A stretch of DNA of 64,000 nt. It comes from Histomonas meleagridis 2922-C6/04-290x. Its lineage: Eukaryota; Protista; Parabasalia. The notes under the pieces are model-generated. The model was given only the letters and a program-made list of their open reading frames with translations. It was not told the DNA's origin and searched no databases. A program made the position numbers and the translations under genes. Positions within the stretch are counted from its first letter, which is position 1, and every line of letters starts with the position of its first letter. This document shows, piece by piece, positions 23,932-35,459 of this stretch. Location: positions 310,001 to 374,000 of the forward strand of contig JAANOX010000253.1 of the NCBI GenBank assembly GCA_020184695.1, written 5' to 3'.

Positions 23932-24953
23932 CTGAAATAAGATAAATAATTTTCAAATATTATTATGATCTCCTAAATTATTAAATTAATTTTCATATAA
24001 AACAAATAAATATCTTTAGACCATTAACAGAGTGGTTCCGACTAAATATTAATTGAAAATTAAATTAAGTAAAGTTATTAAATATAATAAACGTACTCTT
24101 CATATTTTTGATGATTTTATGCAGAGTAAATTAAATATAAAATATTTCATAATTAATATAAAATTGGATAATACCACAGATATTTGGGTTTTTCCTTTGC
24201 TTATATTATTGAATTTTCGCCTATGGTCTGCTTCAGCCAAAAAACTGCCTGGCAATTTTTGGAGATAAACATAACAATTATACATTGTAAACCATTCAAA
24301 CCCAAAATTATGTTTTTTCAAAAAAAATTCCATCGAAAGTAATTGAATTATTGATTGTCCTTTTTTCTTTTCGAGAATTGATCACTTTCATTTTTTCACC
24401 TTTTTATTTATTGTAAACTTTCCTTAATTTACATTAATGAATATTGCTGTACTTATATTATTTATTTTTTGATCCATTTTTACCTTTGTTAATCATTTCA
24501 ACGATAAGAAAATCTTTTAGCGTTTTTTCGAAATAAAATATTGAAAAAGTTATTAATTTCTGATATTTACACCGGTTTTTTTAATGATAATACGATATAA
24601 TTGATCATATAAAACAAATTTTTCTCAAAAACCATGAGAAGAAATCATTTCCAAATATAAAATATGAAACAGCTTTCACTTTAATATATAGGAAAAGGAA
24701 ATTATTGTGACATTATATTATTTTTGATATAGAAACATTAATAAAAAATCAATTTTATCAAAATGGACAAATAAATATTCATTATGACGATTCTCATTTG
24801 ATACATTAATAATTTATATCATTGAGTTTCAGAACATGAGATATTAGATTTTTATTATTGACGGTTAGAGTCGAACAACTGAATAACCATAACCAAATTG
24901 AGAGAAAATTTAAAAAAGGCGCGAAAACGGTTGGCGTTCACAATTTCACAAAC

Positions 24954-25676
24954 ATGAACGAGTCAGCACCTCAGCAAATTGCGAATCGTTGGACCGAAAC
25001 GCCTGCAACTGGAGAGGCTCCCCAAGAAACAGCTGATCAAACAGTATTTGACCCTAAACTTTTTCAATATATCCCACCCACAACTTTCCGATCAGAGAAA
25101 AAACAACGTAAAGAAAGAGCACAACAACAAAAAACTTTACCACCTATCCTTGATGATGATTCACCTTGCTCTAATGAAGCTTATAACACAGCTAAAAACG
25201 ACCCAAACCTAACTTTTTCAGCTCAAAAGTTAGGGTTCCTTCCGGCATCTTACTGGGTGAAAGATCAAACCACATTTGATGAATTAATTACAAAATTTTT
25301 CCAAAGGAAAAATAACTCAAATTGTCGTTTCCCTCACAAGTTATACAACGCCCTTGCCATTGTTGAAAACAACCAATCTATGTGGAACCTTGTGGGTGTT
25401 AAATGGATTACGGATATAATTTTCAAAGTTGACAAATACGTCTTTGGTAGACTTTTAGGGATTTCATCTATTGACGGTGGCCTCTTTCATCGTCAAGGCA
25501 ACTTTCCATCACATGGATTTGTTGAAGTTCCAATGGATACCATGAATGAAATGAGAGACAAATATGACCTTGATGATGTTGATTTAGATCGAATCCATCT
25601 CATACAACATAGGACCGGGCTATTTTCTAGGAATAGCAGTGAAGAATCAATCACAAACTGCCGTTGGTCTGAGTAA
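24954..25676 (+). CDS. Initiator-binding-domain (IBD, IBP39-like winged helix) protein
   Basis: 'QRKNNSNCRFPHKLYNAL...VGVKWITDIIFKVDKYVFGRLLGI' resembles the IBP39 IBD (RFPxKL...GxxWIxDxxFK). ATG 24954 has a TCACA Inr upstream. Confidence 0.75.
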   Translation: MNESAPQQIANRWTETPATGEAPQETADQTVFDPKLFQYIPPTTFRSEKKQRKERAQQQKTLPPILDDDSPCSNEAYNTAKNDPNLTFSAQKLGFLPASYWVKDQTTFDELITKFFQRKNNSNCRFPHKLYNALAIVENNQSMWNLVGVKWITDIIFKVDKYVFGRLLGISSIDGGLFHRQGNFPSHGFVEVPMDTMNEMRDKYDLDDVDLDRIHLIQHRTGLFSRNSSEESITNCRWSE

Positions 25677-25870
25677 AAAAAATGTTGGCATTCTGTATTC
25701 GTTACGGTCAAATAGCCCTTTTGTATCGACGTGCTATTTGACAAGTTTACTTTCAAACGTCCCTTCAAGGGAATTGAAATAGCCATTCTATCAATTGAAC
25801 GTATTGTTCTTTACAACATTGAAATTTCTTTATCAATTTTGAATGTGTTCAACCACTTTTCTCATTTTAC

Positions 25871-27736
25871 ATGGGTAATTTTCGTTCGGCCGCGTACATA
25901 ATTTCCCAATATGTTTGGCTAGTGTACATTATTATGGTCTTTGTATTGACCGTCTCTAATGGATCCCACACAACTGGGGATATAATTTCCAAATCTACTA
26001 AAGAAACATGGTCTGATATGTCAGAACCTGTTGTTATAGCCCACTTAACTGATGTACACGTTAACCATCTACTTAAATATACCCAAGACAACCTTAAAAC
26101 AGCTGTTGAAATTATAAGATCAATGAACCCTCAAATAACTGTTCTTACTGGTGATCTTGTAGATAACATGGATGGAGAATCTATTCCAAAACATGGGCTT
26201 CAACAACCAGAGGATCGTAAGCTTTATGAAGAAATAATTGGTGATTTACCAAGGATTGAAATGGAAGGTAATCATGATAACTTTGCTCGTTATACCCACA
26301 ATCCAACATTTAATGTTCAAACACTTGAAGCATTACCAAACTATGTTTTAATTTCATTTGATCCATTTGAAAGACGTACCTCAGCACCACCCTTGGGTTA
26401 TTGGATGCACCCACGTAAGGAGTTACTTGATAACATAGAAAACGCACTTAACAATTTAGCAAATGATTCACGTGTCATAATGTTCAACCATTATCCAACA
26501 CTTTTCTGGAACTTTGGAGGCAAGTCAAGTTCAGGTAAAACATATCAAGCCCTCTTTAATGAAGGTAAGATAGATTATTTCATCACCGGCCATAAGCATC
26601 CAGAACATCCAATTATTCAACATAACTCATACACCAAATACCTTGAGTTTGTTGGTTGTGATTTATTCCAACATAAGAAATTTAATGTTATTACAATTGA
26701 CAATGATCGTTTAGTGTATCATGAAGTTGATATTACTAATCCAAAATTAGCCTTTGTAACACATCCAGTGCCAAAAGAACAATTATCAAGCAAACAAATC
26801 TTTAATGAGCGTCACACCTCATTACGTGTCATTGTTTATTCTGATAAAGTACCATCTATCACAGCAAGTGGCGCAGTCAAAGGTGCGCTTCAATGTGAGA
26901 AGAAGGCCTCATATTACTTATGCTCATTACCGATCGAAACATTAGAAGCTGGCGAATATAACGTTGAACTAAGTGGCGATGTCACCAAGAGCATTGACTT
27001 TGTCATTGGTGATTCAGTTCCTGCATATAACGAAGACGGATATTTCCCAGTTATTGAGTATATAATGTTTACCGCGCTACCAATTGTTTGGTTGATATTG
27101 TTATTCATCACATTCCCACTTGGATTACCGCAAAAGATGAGCGACCCATATATGGATTGGATTAATGGCGTCAGTGAGAAGGATTCATGGGTTGTCTCTA
27201 TCTTCTTGGGCTTTGTTGGCGTTAAGATCAGGTTATCGAAGCTTAATTGGCTCTTTAGAATCAGCGCATTCTTTGGCGTTATTGCACCATTCTTTGTCCC
27301 AATTTTCTTTGAAAAAATCGACGGACACTTGTCAATCATTTGGCTCTATGGCCTCATCAGCGGCGACTATAAGATTATGAGCTGCTTTGGACCATTCTTG
27401 ACATTGATTTACCTCATTGCAGTCATGTTACCAGTTGTTCTGTTGATGTCATCATTAGCCATATCATTCCCATTAAAATGGCCAATGATAATCGATGGAA
27501 TTGTGGCTTTGGTTGGTATTGCTTTCACTGCTTATGTCGGATTACGATTCGGCGTTGAGGCGGGCGGATTGGGATTGGCTACAGCTTCCCCTCTGTTTGT
27601 GATATTGCCAATTTACTTTTATTTATTGATAATAATTTGGAGATTGGTAATGAAGTTCAAGAACCAAGATGAGATTGGAGTGTCAAAGGAAACTTTGGCT
27701 TCAATCCCACTCATTCAGTCAGCGACTTATACATAA
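25871..27736 (+). CDS. Calcineurin-like metallophosphoesterase with C-terminal TM helices (TMEM62-like)
   Basis: DVH, GDLVD, GNHD, NHYP and GHKH metal-binding motifs, plus ~6 C-terminal TM segments. Confidence 0.9.
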   Translation: MGNFRSAAYIISQYVWLVYIIMVFVLTVSNGSHTTGDIISKSTKETWSDMSEPVVIAHLTDVHVNHLLKYTQDNLKTAVEIIRSMNPQITVLTGDLVDNMDGESIPKHGLQQPEDRKLYEEIIGDLPRIEMEGNHDNFARYTHNPTFNVQTLEALPNYVLISFDPFERRTSAPPLGYWMHPRKELLDNIENALNNLANDSRVIMFNHYPTLFWNFGGKSSSGKTYQALFNEGKIDYFITGHKHPEHPIIQHNSYTKYLEFVGCDLFQHKKFNVITIDNDRLVYHEVDITNPKLAFVTHPVPKEQLSSKQIFNERHTSLRVIVYSDKVPSITASGAVKGALQCEKKASYYLCSLPIETLEAGEYNVELSGDVTKSIDFVIGDSVPAYNEDGYFPVIEYIMFTALPIVWLILLFITFPLGLPQKMSDPYMDWINGVSEKDSWVVSIFLGFVGVKIRLSKLNWLFRISAFFGVIAPFFVPIFFEKIDGHLSIIWLYGLISGDYKIMSCFGPFLTLIYLIAVMLPVVLLMSSLAISFPLKWPMIIDGIVALVGIAFTAYVGLRFGVEAGGLGLATASPLFVILPIYFYLLIIIWRLVMKFKNQDEIGVSKETLASIPLIQSATYT

Positions 27737-28314
27737 AAAGTTCAAATTCAATGTGTTTTGGAATAATGTGCGAGAAGAACAGCGATTTCATAGAAAAGTA
27801 TTGGAGTGAGAAAATTATAATTCGATTAGCATATGCACAATTTTGAGTAGAAAATAATAATATAATATAATTATATTTTCATATAGAATAGAAAAGATTA
27901 AAATCGATTTTTTAATCATTAAAAAGGAACCTATTTTTATTGGAATATTTTTTTTTATTCAAATGTCTTTATTACTTATTATTAAATACTTTAGTTTTTT
28001 AAATCATGATCTAAAAATTAAATATCAAGTGTTTTTAAATCATTTATTGTTTGGGATGGTCCATTTTTAGAAAAATCCAATGATACATTCAATTGAGTTA
28101 ATTTTAATCGTTTTTTCCCATTTCTAAAACTCCCGTCTTCACTTTTGAAAGAAATTCAATGGTTCATCTTACGTAAGAAATTCGTCGGTTGTATTCAATC
28201 GCTGAGTTAATTGAAACAAACCGAAAAAATCGAAAAAATGTTCGACGCCAAACAGAGTCAGTCAAATTGAAATGAATTCACATAACGTTTTATAATTAAA
28301 ATTATAAAAATTGT

Positions 28315-31300
28315 TCACCAATAAGGGCACCATCCAGGATAGTGTTGCAAATAATTCATGGGATCTTCCGCTATTTGTATCAGTTTCTTGACTTGGTCTT
28401 CAGCAGTAGAAATTTCATCTCCAAATTCTTTTCCATATAGTTTTTTCTCGCATCGTTCTAATAACTTTGGATCTCTGCTCTTTTTGTCAAAGTCGTCGGG
28501 CGTTTCTTCTGCAAAAATTGCTAAATGTGCCATTAATAAACTATTATTATCTCTAAGTAATTGCATTACCTTAACACATATGTCCTGGAATAGGCCAGTG
28601 GATTTAGATCCTTCAAAAGCATTTACAATCATTCTTGTGATTCTAAATGGTACTTTTTCTGGAAATGATTTTCTTAGAGAAGCCGAATCAAAAGATTCAT
28701 CAAAGTCAATGTGGACTACTCTACCAGTACTCCTTTGTATCATTATATTTGAAGGATGTCTATCTCCAAGACCAATAATATATCCGACCATAGCCATAAT
28801 AGCATAAGAAACTGTAAACTTTTGAGACCTTCTCATCCAAGTTTCGGCATTAGGTGAACGTAACCACATAGATTCGAATAATTCCATAGCCTTAAAATTC
28901 TTTGCAATATATTCGAATAATTCATATCTTTGTAATAAAGTTTGATGTACCAAATTACATCCAATCATTTCGTTTATCATATTAGCTTCAGCATTTCTAT
29001 CAGTTTGATGGTTATCTCTATTTTCACTAATTAACTGATGTAAAGTATCTGCTCCCGTAAACCATTGAATCAATCCGACACTTTTTGCCAGCGGAACGAT
29101 AGCATATGTTGCCACATATGTATCGTTTTCTATTTGAGGCAAACCGGCTGGCAAAATACCGTTAATTAATTGGAAGAATTGCATTAATCTTTCATCAAAT
29201 CTTAAATCCTCATTCCCTTTTAATAAGAATTTAAATCTTTGGCCACTTTCTGACATAATATAAACACATCTTGGATGTTGTTGAGTTTCTAAAACATCCA
29301 TTACAGATTCAACAGAATGAATCATTTCGTTAGGGTACCCCGGTATAAACAATTCAAAATTCTTTTTCTCTGCCAATTGTGGCGCTATTTTATTGACGAA
29401 TATAACCGCCAGCATGTCAATTTTCTCTTTGAGAGAATTATATAAAATTCTGAGTTTGTTCCACATTTGTTTCATTGATTTATCATCACCTTTTTCGAAA
29501 TAGAATCTTGATTCTTCAATTAAATCTTGATATAATCTTACAAACATATTATCGAAATCACATTGCGGGTTTTGGAAATCATTAAATCTTTCATTTAATA
29601 TAAAGTCTACGTTTGAATAATTTTGATTTTTATGTTCTTGTACAGCTATTTCTATTGAATGCAACCATTGCTCAAACCAAGTAATTGCACATCTGATTAA
29701 TCCATGTATAAATATATCAGCATCTTCAATGAATTTAGAGTTAAATTGTTTAATCTTATTAATGATATCTGATATTACCGTTGATTGATCATCATCATTC
29801 ATATAAGGACATAAAGCGAAATAAATTTGTTGGAAATAATCATTACGATTCTCAGATAATATTTGATTAATACAACTTTGTATAAAATAGTTCGAAGTTT
29901 CTAATTTAGAAGTTAATTGTGGTAATACTTTAACCATTGATGACACTGGAATGAAATTAATTTTATCTTTGATTTCATTAATAATATTTTCAGTTCCATT
30001 TGATATAATAGAAAAGATTTGGCACATGCATTCTAAATCATTCTCTGGTTGCATTGTCATATACTGTAAAAAGCCATTAATTGCATTTATTCCATATGTT
30101 TCATTGTTTTCTCCTCTCTTACGTGAATCTAAAAATAACATCGAATTAACATATGCTAAAAGTCTCCAAGTTTTCTTTTTCGTTGAATCATAAGATAATG
30201 ATTTATCCAAATAATAAGCAGACTTTTTTAATGCTTTAAAGTTTTGACTTTTTTCTTTGACTAAGTATTTACCATGTAACTTGTATAACTTTGAAAAAAA
30301 ATTATTATCATAAACACCAGAATTTAAATGATGTAATAATACTTTAACTACTTGTTGTGGATATTGTTTAGCTAAAGCTGCAATAAAAGTTCTTTGCTGT
30401 TCAATTGTAGAACCTTCTACAGCTTCTAAGAAATTAGAAATAGAATTAACATTATAGTATATAAAACAATATTCTTGTAATTCTTCTGAAAATATCGGAG
30501 ATATCGTCATCTTATGTAGAAATGAAAATGGAAATGGACTCGGATGCTTTCTAATTAAATTGGAATAATCTTCAGCAGTTTTAATTTTAAATAAATTCGA
30601 TAAATTATATAAACCATTATATGCATCTACTTTATTACCTATAGCCCAAAATATCTTTATTTGTTCAATTAATATATGTGGATCTAACCCATATTTTAAA
30701 TGTCGTGAAAAATAAAAATCTATTAATGAAAAATATTTTGCTTTTCTTAATTGTGAAACTATAGGTAAATAATATGATATATTTGTAGATGATGGAATTA
30801 CAAGTTGTCGTAATCGAATAGTTTTTTCCCAATTAATTTTATTACGTTGAAAATATTTAACTCTTCGTTTCCAAAATGATGTTTGATTACTTTCTGTTTT
30901 GTTTTGTTTATAATTTAATACTTCTTGACATTCAATTAATATTTGCGCATTATTTAAATCTTCTTCAATTCTTCTTTGATCACAAGTTGCATAATTTGGT
31001 CTGTTTTTAGCAGTAAATTGAAATGCAAAATCAATTAATTTTTGTGCTTTTTCATAATCTCCTGTTAATATCGAATTATATATAGCAAAATGTAATCGTG
31101 GAATTGACCAATAAGTAAATGAATTCATAATTTCATTAACTTTAGAATTCTCTCTTAATAATGAAAACATCCATAAAAAATGTTCTGATACTTTACCTTG
31201 ATCTTCTATAGACATCTCATGATATTTACCTTCTAAATCTTCTATATCATCATAACGATTTAACATCGCTAAACATTTAATAATTTTTGATAAGTGTCCT

Positions 31301-34300
31301 CCTTCTTTTTGATATATTTGTAATGAGCGTTCCCAATCTCCTAATTTACCACACCATTTTGCTACTTCCAATTGTGTCATTGATGATTCTGTTTGATTAA
31401 ATAAACTTCGAACAGTCGAAATTCGATCCATTTTCATTGATATTTTCATTAATAAGTTTATAACTTTAGTATCTGTTGGATCATTAATATATAACCATTG
31501 TAACAAATAAAATGAATATTGTCGTGATTCAGATATTTCTGCAACTCTAAAATAGTCAACTTTCATTGGTATTAATGCACGATCTGCTATTTGTATTAAA
31601 TCAATGAATAATTTATGAACATGTTGATGTTCATGTAATACTTTATTAATAATTTGTGAAAAGTATTCTCTGTCTTCAACAGTTGCATTTTTCCAACATG
31701 ACAAAAATGCTATAGGATGAATTAAATGTTTTAATGATGGAATAGTTAATATACATTCAGAACAAATACGTATAGACGATGATGGCGAATTCTTTATAAG
31801 TAAATTAAAGAATGTGGAAAACCATTCACCCAAATGTGATTCATTAGGGAATTTTAATCCAATGAAAAATGAATTCGGTTTATTATATTCTGGTGTAAGT
31901 TTTGGCACTTTAAATGATGGTGATAAATTTTTTAGAAAAGTAGCTTCTCTAATTGATGGTATCTTAGATGACATTATTTTATTAAATTCTTCGATATAAT
32001 CAAATTTTATATTATTAATTCTAACAAATTCTTCAAAATTAAAAAATGTAATATTGAAACAAATACATAATGATGCAAAATATGTTGTTAAATCAATTTT
32101 CTTATCATATTTATAAAATGCATTTGTACCGAATACTATTAAACGCCCAGAATGCATTTGAACATCGCAGCATTGTATTACAGCAGTTAAAGCTTTAATT
32201 ACAAATTTCATATGTCTTAAAGGAAAATCTATAGATTCTAATGTATGAATAAATACATCAAAAGGCTGATATTGATATATATTCATTGATACTATAAATT
32301 TTAATAAACACTTAAAGTATTTAATATCATTAGATTTTAAGTATACTAAACATTTATAATATAAATTATTAGCTATCGATGTAAATCCTGCTTTTAATGT
32401 TGTTGATAAACATAAACAAAATTCAATACATATTCTTGAATCTAAAAGTTTCAATAATAATTGCTGAATATTTGGTAAATTTGGTATAAAATCATTTGGA
32501 GTTGAATATACTATAATTTCGAAATAATGAAATGCTTCATCTCTATGTGTAGGCGAAGCTTTTTCTATCATTTCAGTAAAAATTGGTACTATATCAGGTA
32601 GATATTGTGCAGAATTAATTGGATCACTTTCAAATATCATAGAAATTGTTTTCAATAATACTAATGATGGATCATTCATATGTTTAATTATATTATGTAA
32701 TACAAACTTAGTAAAAAATGATGGGTCATTAGAAGATTGAATATTTTGTTGATCATTTGAAGCTGTTAAACTTTGCGTTAAAGTTAAATCAATTGAATCA
32801 AAAGCACTTCCAAATAATTGTAAAATTGCAATTGTTAATTTTTCGTTTTGAGTTGTAGAAATTAAATGTATTAAAGGTGCAGTAATTTGTGGACATCTTA
32901 ATCTAATATTAAATCCATTAAATGTTGCAACTGATAATCTTGTTAATGATTCCACAGCACTAATTAATAATTTTTCATTAGTTCTAGTTTCGAATATTCT
33001 TGAAAAACCAGCAAATATTTCTGTTAAAAATGGTTCACAAGGAATACCTAAGTTTGCTAATGACTTTAATAATAATGCATCTCTTTTGTCGATATATTTA
33101 GAATTAAATAAATAATATAATTTTGCTCGATTTGGTTCTTTTGTTGATTCTTTTCGTGTTAATAATAAAGATGGTAACTTTAATAAATCTAATGAATATT
33201 TCGACTTGTATTGATCAATTAAATTAAATGACTCATTATCTGTAATTGTATTTAATTCAGATGTATCATAATCTTCTTCAATTGATTGGCTTTCTAATTT
33301 ACTTGCTGAAAGATTTGATGAATATGGTGTTGTAATTGGTGAATGTGATGATTCACTATGTCCAACACTTCCTATTGATGGATAAGAACTATGTGATGAA
33401 GTTCTTCGATTATGTCCATATATTTCATGTCCAATAACTTTACGTTGATTATCTGATAATGATATACTAATAACTTTTAATGCGACTGAAACAATACCAA
33501 AACTACAAATTCGGGTACATTCATGACAATATTTCGTTATTGTGGACATAAATGATGCATATTTAGCCGAATATTTAGCATCAGTGGATGTGGATATTAA
33601 ATCCAATAAAATATGCAAATAGCCAATAATTAATGGTCGGATTTCGAACGGATTAAAATCAGCTATTTTGGATAATAATTTCATACCAAGACGTCGAATT
33701 AGAAATGATGAATCATTTAAATAATATGTAACAGATCGATGTGTTGCTAAATATGGACTTGGTTGCAATTTGGTTAATGCATATGCTCTTACTTTTTTAT
33801 CTCGATCTATTAATGAATTCATCAATAATAAATCAGTTGCTTTTGGCGATGTAGATGTACCATAGATATTTAAAATTTCTTGACGTACTTCTATGTCATT
33901 GGATGCTAAATAGATTTTTTGTAATTGATCAAATAATTCATTTTCGGGTGGAAATACTTCTGGCATAAAACTATAAATCATTAATGACTTAATCAAGCCT
34001 TTCGAATCACTGAATTTCAAAGGCTCTTTGAAAAATTCTTTGACTTTTTCGGTTAAGAAGCACTTTTGGTGTTTGGTCACTTTGATATAATGAACGCATG
34101 GTTCATCAAAATAAAAGAGATTAGGATCAAGATCATTAACTTTATCACCAAAGACGTCAAGGACTGTAGAAAGAATTTCAAATGGACATATTAATGATGA
34201 TTCACATTTAGTGCTTTTGGAATATTTTGAGATAAAATCAAATAAATGTTGAGGATTAAGTTTGGTACCAAAGTTCTTTACTGCTTCTGGAATATAGCAA

Positions 34301-35190
34301 TGCAAGGATGGACATGTTTTACACTTATTCAATAAAAATGAAAATACTTCATCTGCATTAAATTCAAGGTTGTTTAACCCAGTTATGAAGAAGATAAGGT
34401 CAAACCCTGAACGAGTAATTTCGTCTGATTGATCTGAAATAATTTCAAATATATCTGATATCGTTGGTTGGAAATTAAAATCTTGACGTTTTATGAAAAT
34501 CGGAAGAAGGTGAAAGCAACAGGATATTTGATTGGGATCTTTAGAATAAAAGAAATTCTTAAGTGTTGTTGAATAATAATTTTTGCTCTTTGAAAAAATT
34601 GAAGCTTTTGCATTTTCAGCAAAAAATTTAATAAGCTTCATAGTAACAGAACTTAATAGCTCGTCATTCGATGAGGCAATTACAAAAAGTTTTCGGATAG
34701 AATTTGATATCAAAGAAATCGAATTTTCCTTATAAGATTCCCTCAAATGTTTTATGATAATAAGGCTATTATATACATGATAATCACTCATTGATAACCA
34801 TTTTTCTGCCAATTTTAAACTTTCTTTAATTGAAGGAATTTGATATGAACTGTCTTTTAACATCAATTGAAATACCTTAGTGATAGCATTAATAAGTATT
34901 GGCTGATTTGTATCAAGTTTTTGTATAAAATTTGATAAATATGGTGCCAAGGTATCATGATTTCTTTGAAAATGAAATAGAACGGAAGCCATCTGAAGGC
35001 AATATAGAATATCTTCCATTGAATCAGAAGAAATTTTTTCTTCAATTTTGTTTTCAATATTTTGATAATATTGGCCAATATGTTTTTCCGATGAATTAAG
35101 AAGTTCTACTCTTGTTTGCTCATATATTTCCTTCCTTTGTTGCTTCCAGTGCTTATAATTTACCTTAATGGGTTGATCCAATGTATCCAT
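28315..35190 (-). CDS. TOR: TOR (PIKK-family) kinase, 2291 aa
   Basis: HEAT-like N-terminus, FRB-like 'RCAITWFEQW', 'FLLKGNEDLRFDER', 'GLGDRHPSN', 'PEKVPFRITRM' and FATC 'GWCPYW'. Confidence 0.93.
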   Translation of the reverse strand: MDTLDQPIKVNYKHWKQQRKEIYEQTRVELLNSSEKHIGQYYQNIENKIEEKISSDSMEDILYCLQMASVLFHFQRNHDTLAPYLSNFIQKLDTNQPILINAITKVFQLMLKDSSYQIPSIKESLKLAEKWLSMSDYHVYNSLIIIKHLRESYKENSISLISNSIRKLFVIASSNDELLSSVTMKLIKFFAENAKASIFSKSKNYYSTTLKNFFYSKDPNQISCCFHLLPIFIKRQDFNFQPTISDIFEIISDQSDEITRSGFDLIFFITGLNNLEFNADEVFSFLLNKCKTCPSLHCYIPEAVKNFGTKLNPQHLFDFISKYSKSTKCESSLICPFEILSTVLDVFGDKVNDLDPNLFYFDEPCVHYIKVTKHQKCFLTEKVKEFFKEPLKFSDSKGLIKSLMIYSFMPEVFPPENELFDQLQKIYLASNDIEVRQEILNIYGTSTSPKATDLLLMNSLIDRDKKVRAYALTKLQPSPYLATHRSVTYYLNDSSFLIRRLGMKLLSKIADFNPFEIRPLIIGYLHILLDLISTSTDAKYSAKYASFMSTITKYCHECTRICSFGIVSVALKVISISLSDNQRKVIGHEIYGHNRRTSSHSSYPSIGSVGHSESSHSPITTPYSSNLSASKLESQSIEEDYDTSELNTITDNESFNLIDQYKSKYSLDLLKLPSLLLTRKESTKEPNRAKLYYLFNSKYIDKRDALLLKSLANLGIPCEPFLTEIFAGFSRIFETRTNEKLLISAVESLTRLSVATFNGFNIRLRCPQITAPLIHLISTTQNEKLTIAILQLFGSAFDSIDLTLTQSLTASNDQQNIQSSNDPSFFTKFVLHNIIKHMNDPSLVLLKTISMIFESDPINSAQYLPDIVPIFTEMIEKASPTHRDEAFHYFEIIVYSTPNDFIPNLPNIQQLLLKLLDSRICIEFCLCLSTTLKAGFTSIANNLYYKCLVYLKSNDIKYFKCLLKFIVSMNIYQYQPFDVFIHTLESIDFPLRHMKFVIKALTAVIQCCDVQMHSGRLIVFGTNAFYKYDKKIDLTTYFASLCICFNITFFNFEEFVRINNIKFDYIEEFNKIMSSKIPSIREATFLKNLSPSFKVPKLTPEYNKPNSFFIGLKFPNESHLGEWFSTFFNLLIKNSPSSSIRICSECILTIPSLKHLIHPIAFLSCWKNATVEDREYFSQIINKVLHEHQHVHKLFIDLIQIADRALIPMKVDYFRVAEISESRQYSFYLLQWLYINDPTDTKVINLLMKISMKMDRISTVRSLFNQTESSMTQLEVAKWCGKLGDWERSLQIYQKEGGHLSKIIKCLAMLNRYDDIEDLEGKYHEMSIEDQGKVSEHFLWMFSLLRENSKVNEIMNSFTYWSIPRLHFAIYNSILTGDYEKAQKLIDFAFQFTAKNRPNYATCDQRRIEEDLNNAQILIECQEVLNYKQNKTESNQTSFWKRRVKYFQRNKINWEKTIRLRQLVIPSSTNISYYLPIVSQLRKAKYFSLIDFYFSRHLKYGLDPHILIEQIKIFWAIGNKVDAYNGLYNLSNLFKIKTAEDYSNLIRKHPSPFPFSFLHKMTISPIFSEELQEYCFIYYNVNSISNFLEAVEGSTIEQQRTFIAALAKQYPQQVVKVLLHHLNSGVYDNNFFSKLYKLHGKYLVKEKSQNFKALKKSAYYLDKSLSYDSTKKKTWRLLAYVNSMLFLDSRKRGENNETYGINAINGFLQYMTMQPENDLECMCQIFSIISNGTENIINEIKDKINFIPVSSMVKVLPQLTSKLETSNYFIQSCINQILSENRNDYFQQIYFALCPYMNDDDQSTVISDIINKIKQFNSKFIEDADIFIHGLIRCAITWFEQWLHSIEIAVQEHKNQNYSNVDFILNERFNDFQNPQCDFDNMFVRLYQDLIEESRFYFEKGDDKSMKQMWNKLRILYNSLKEKIDMLAVIFVNKIAPQLAEKKNFELFIPGYPNEMIHSVESVMDVLETQQHPRCVYIMSESGQRFKFLLKGNEDLRFDERLMQFFQLINGILPAGLPQIENDTYVATYAIVPLAKSVGLIQWFTGADTLHQLISENRDNHQTDRNAEANMINEMIGCNLVHQTLLQRYELFEYIAKNFKAMELFESMWLRSPNAETWMRRSQKFTVSYAIMAMVGYIIGLGDRHPSNIMIQRSTGRVVHIDFDESFDSASLRKSFPEKVPFRITRMIVNAFEGSKSTGLFQDICVKVMQLLRDNNSLLMAHLAIFAEETPDDFDKKSRDPKLLERCEKKLYGKEFGDEISTAEDQVKKLIQIAEDPMNYLQHYPGWCPYW

Positions 35191-35459
35191 TTTTGCAATG
35201 TTTCAATCATCTCAATTTCAGTTCACCTATTTTGCACAAATCTACATTAACGGTTATTATCAAAAAGTTTCGTTAATTTTTGGGGGTTTAAGAGGTGCTT
35301 CAACTCTAAATTTTTCAATAGTTTTTTAATGAAAATCATAATACATAAACAATTTCGGGTACTTAGTTTAGATATACATTTTTAGCCAATTTCGACTGCT
35401 GAATTTTGAGATCTCGATCTGATCAATTTTTCGCTTTTTTCTAAAATTTTTGAAAATCC

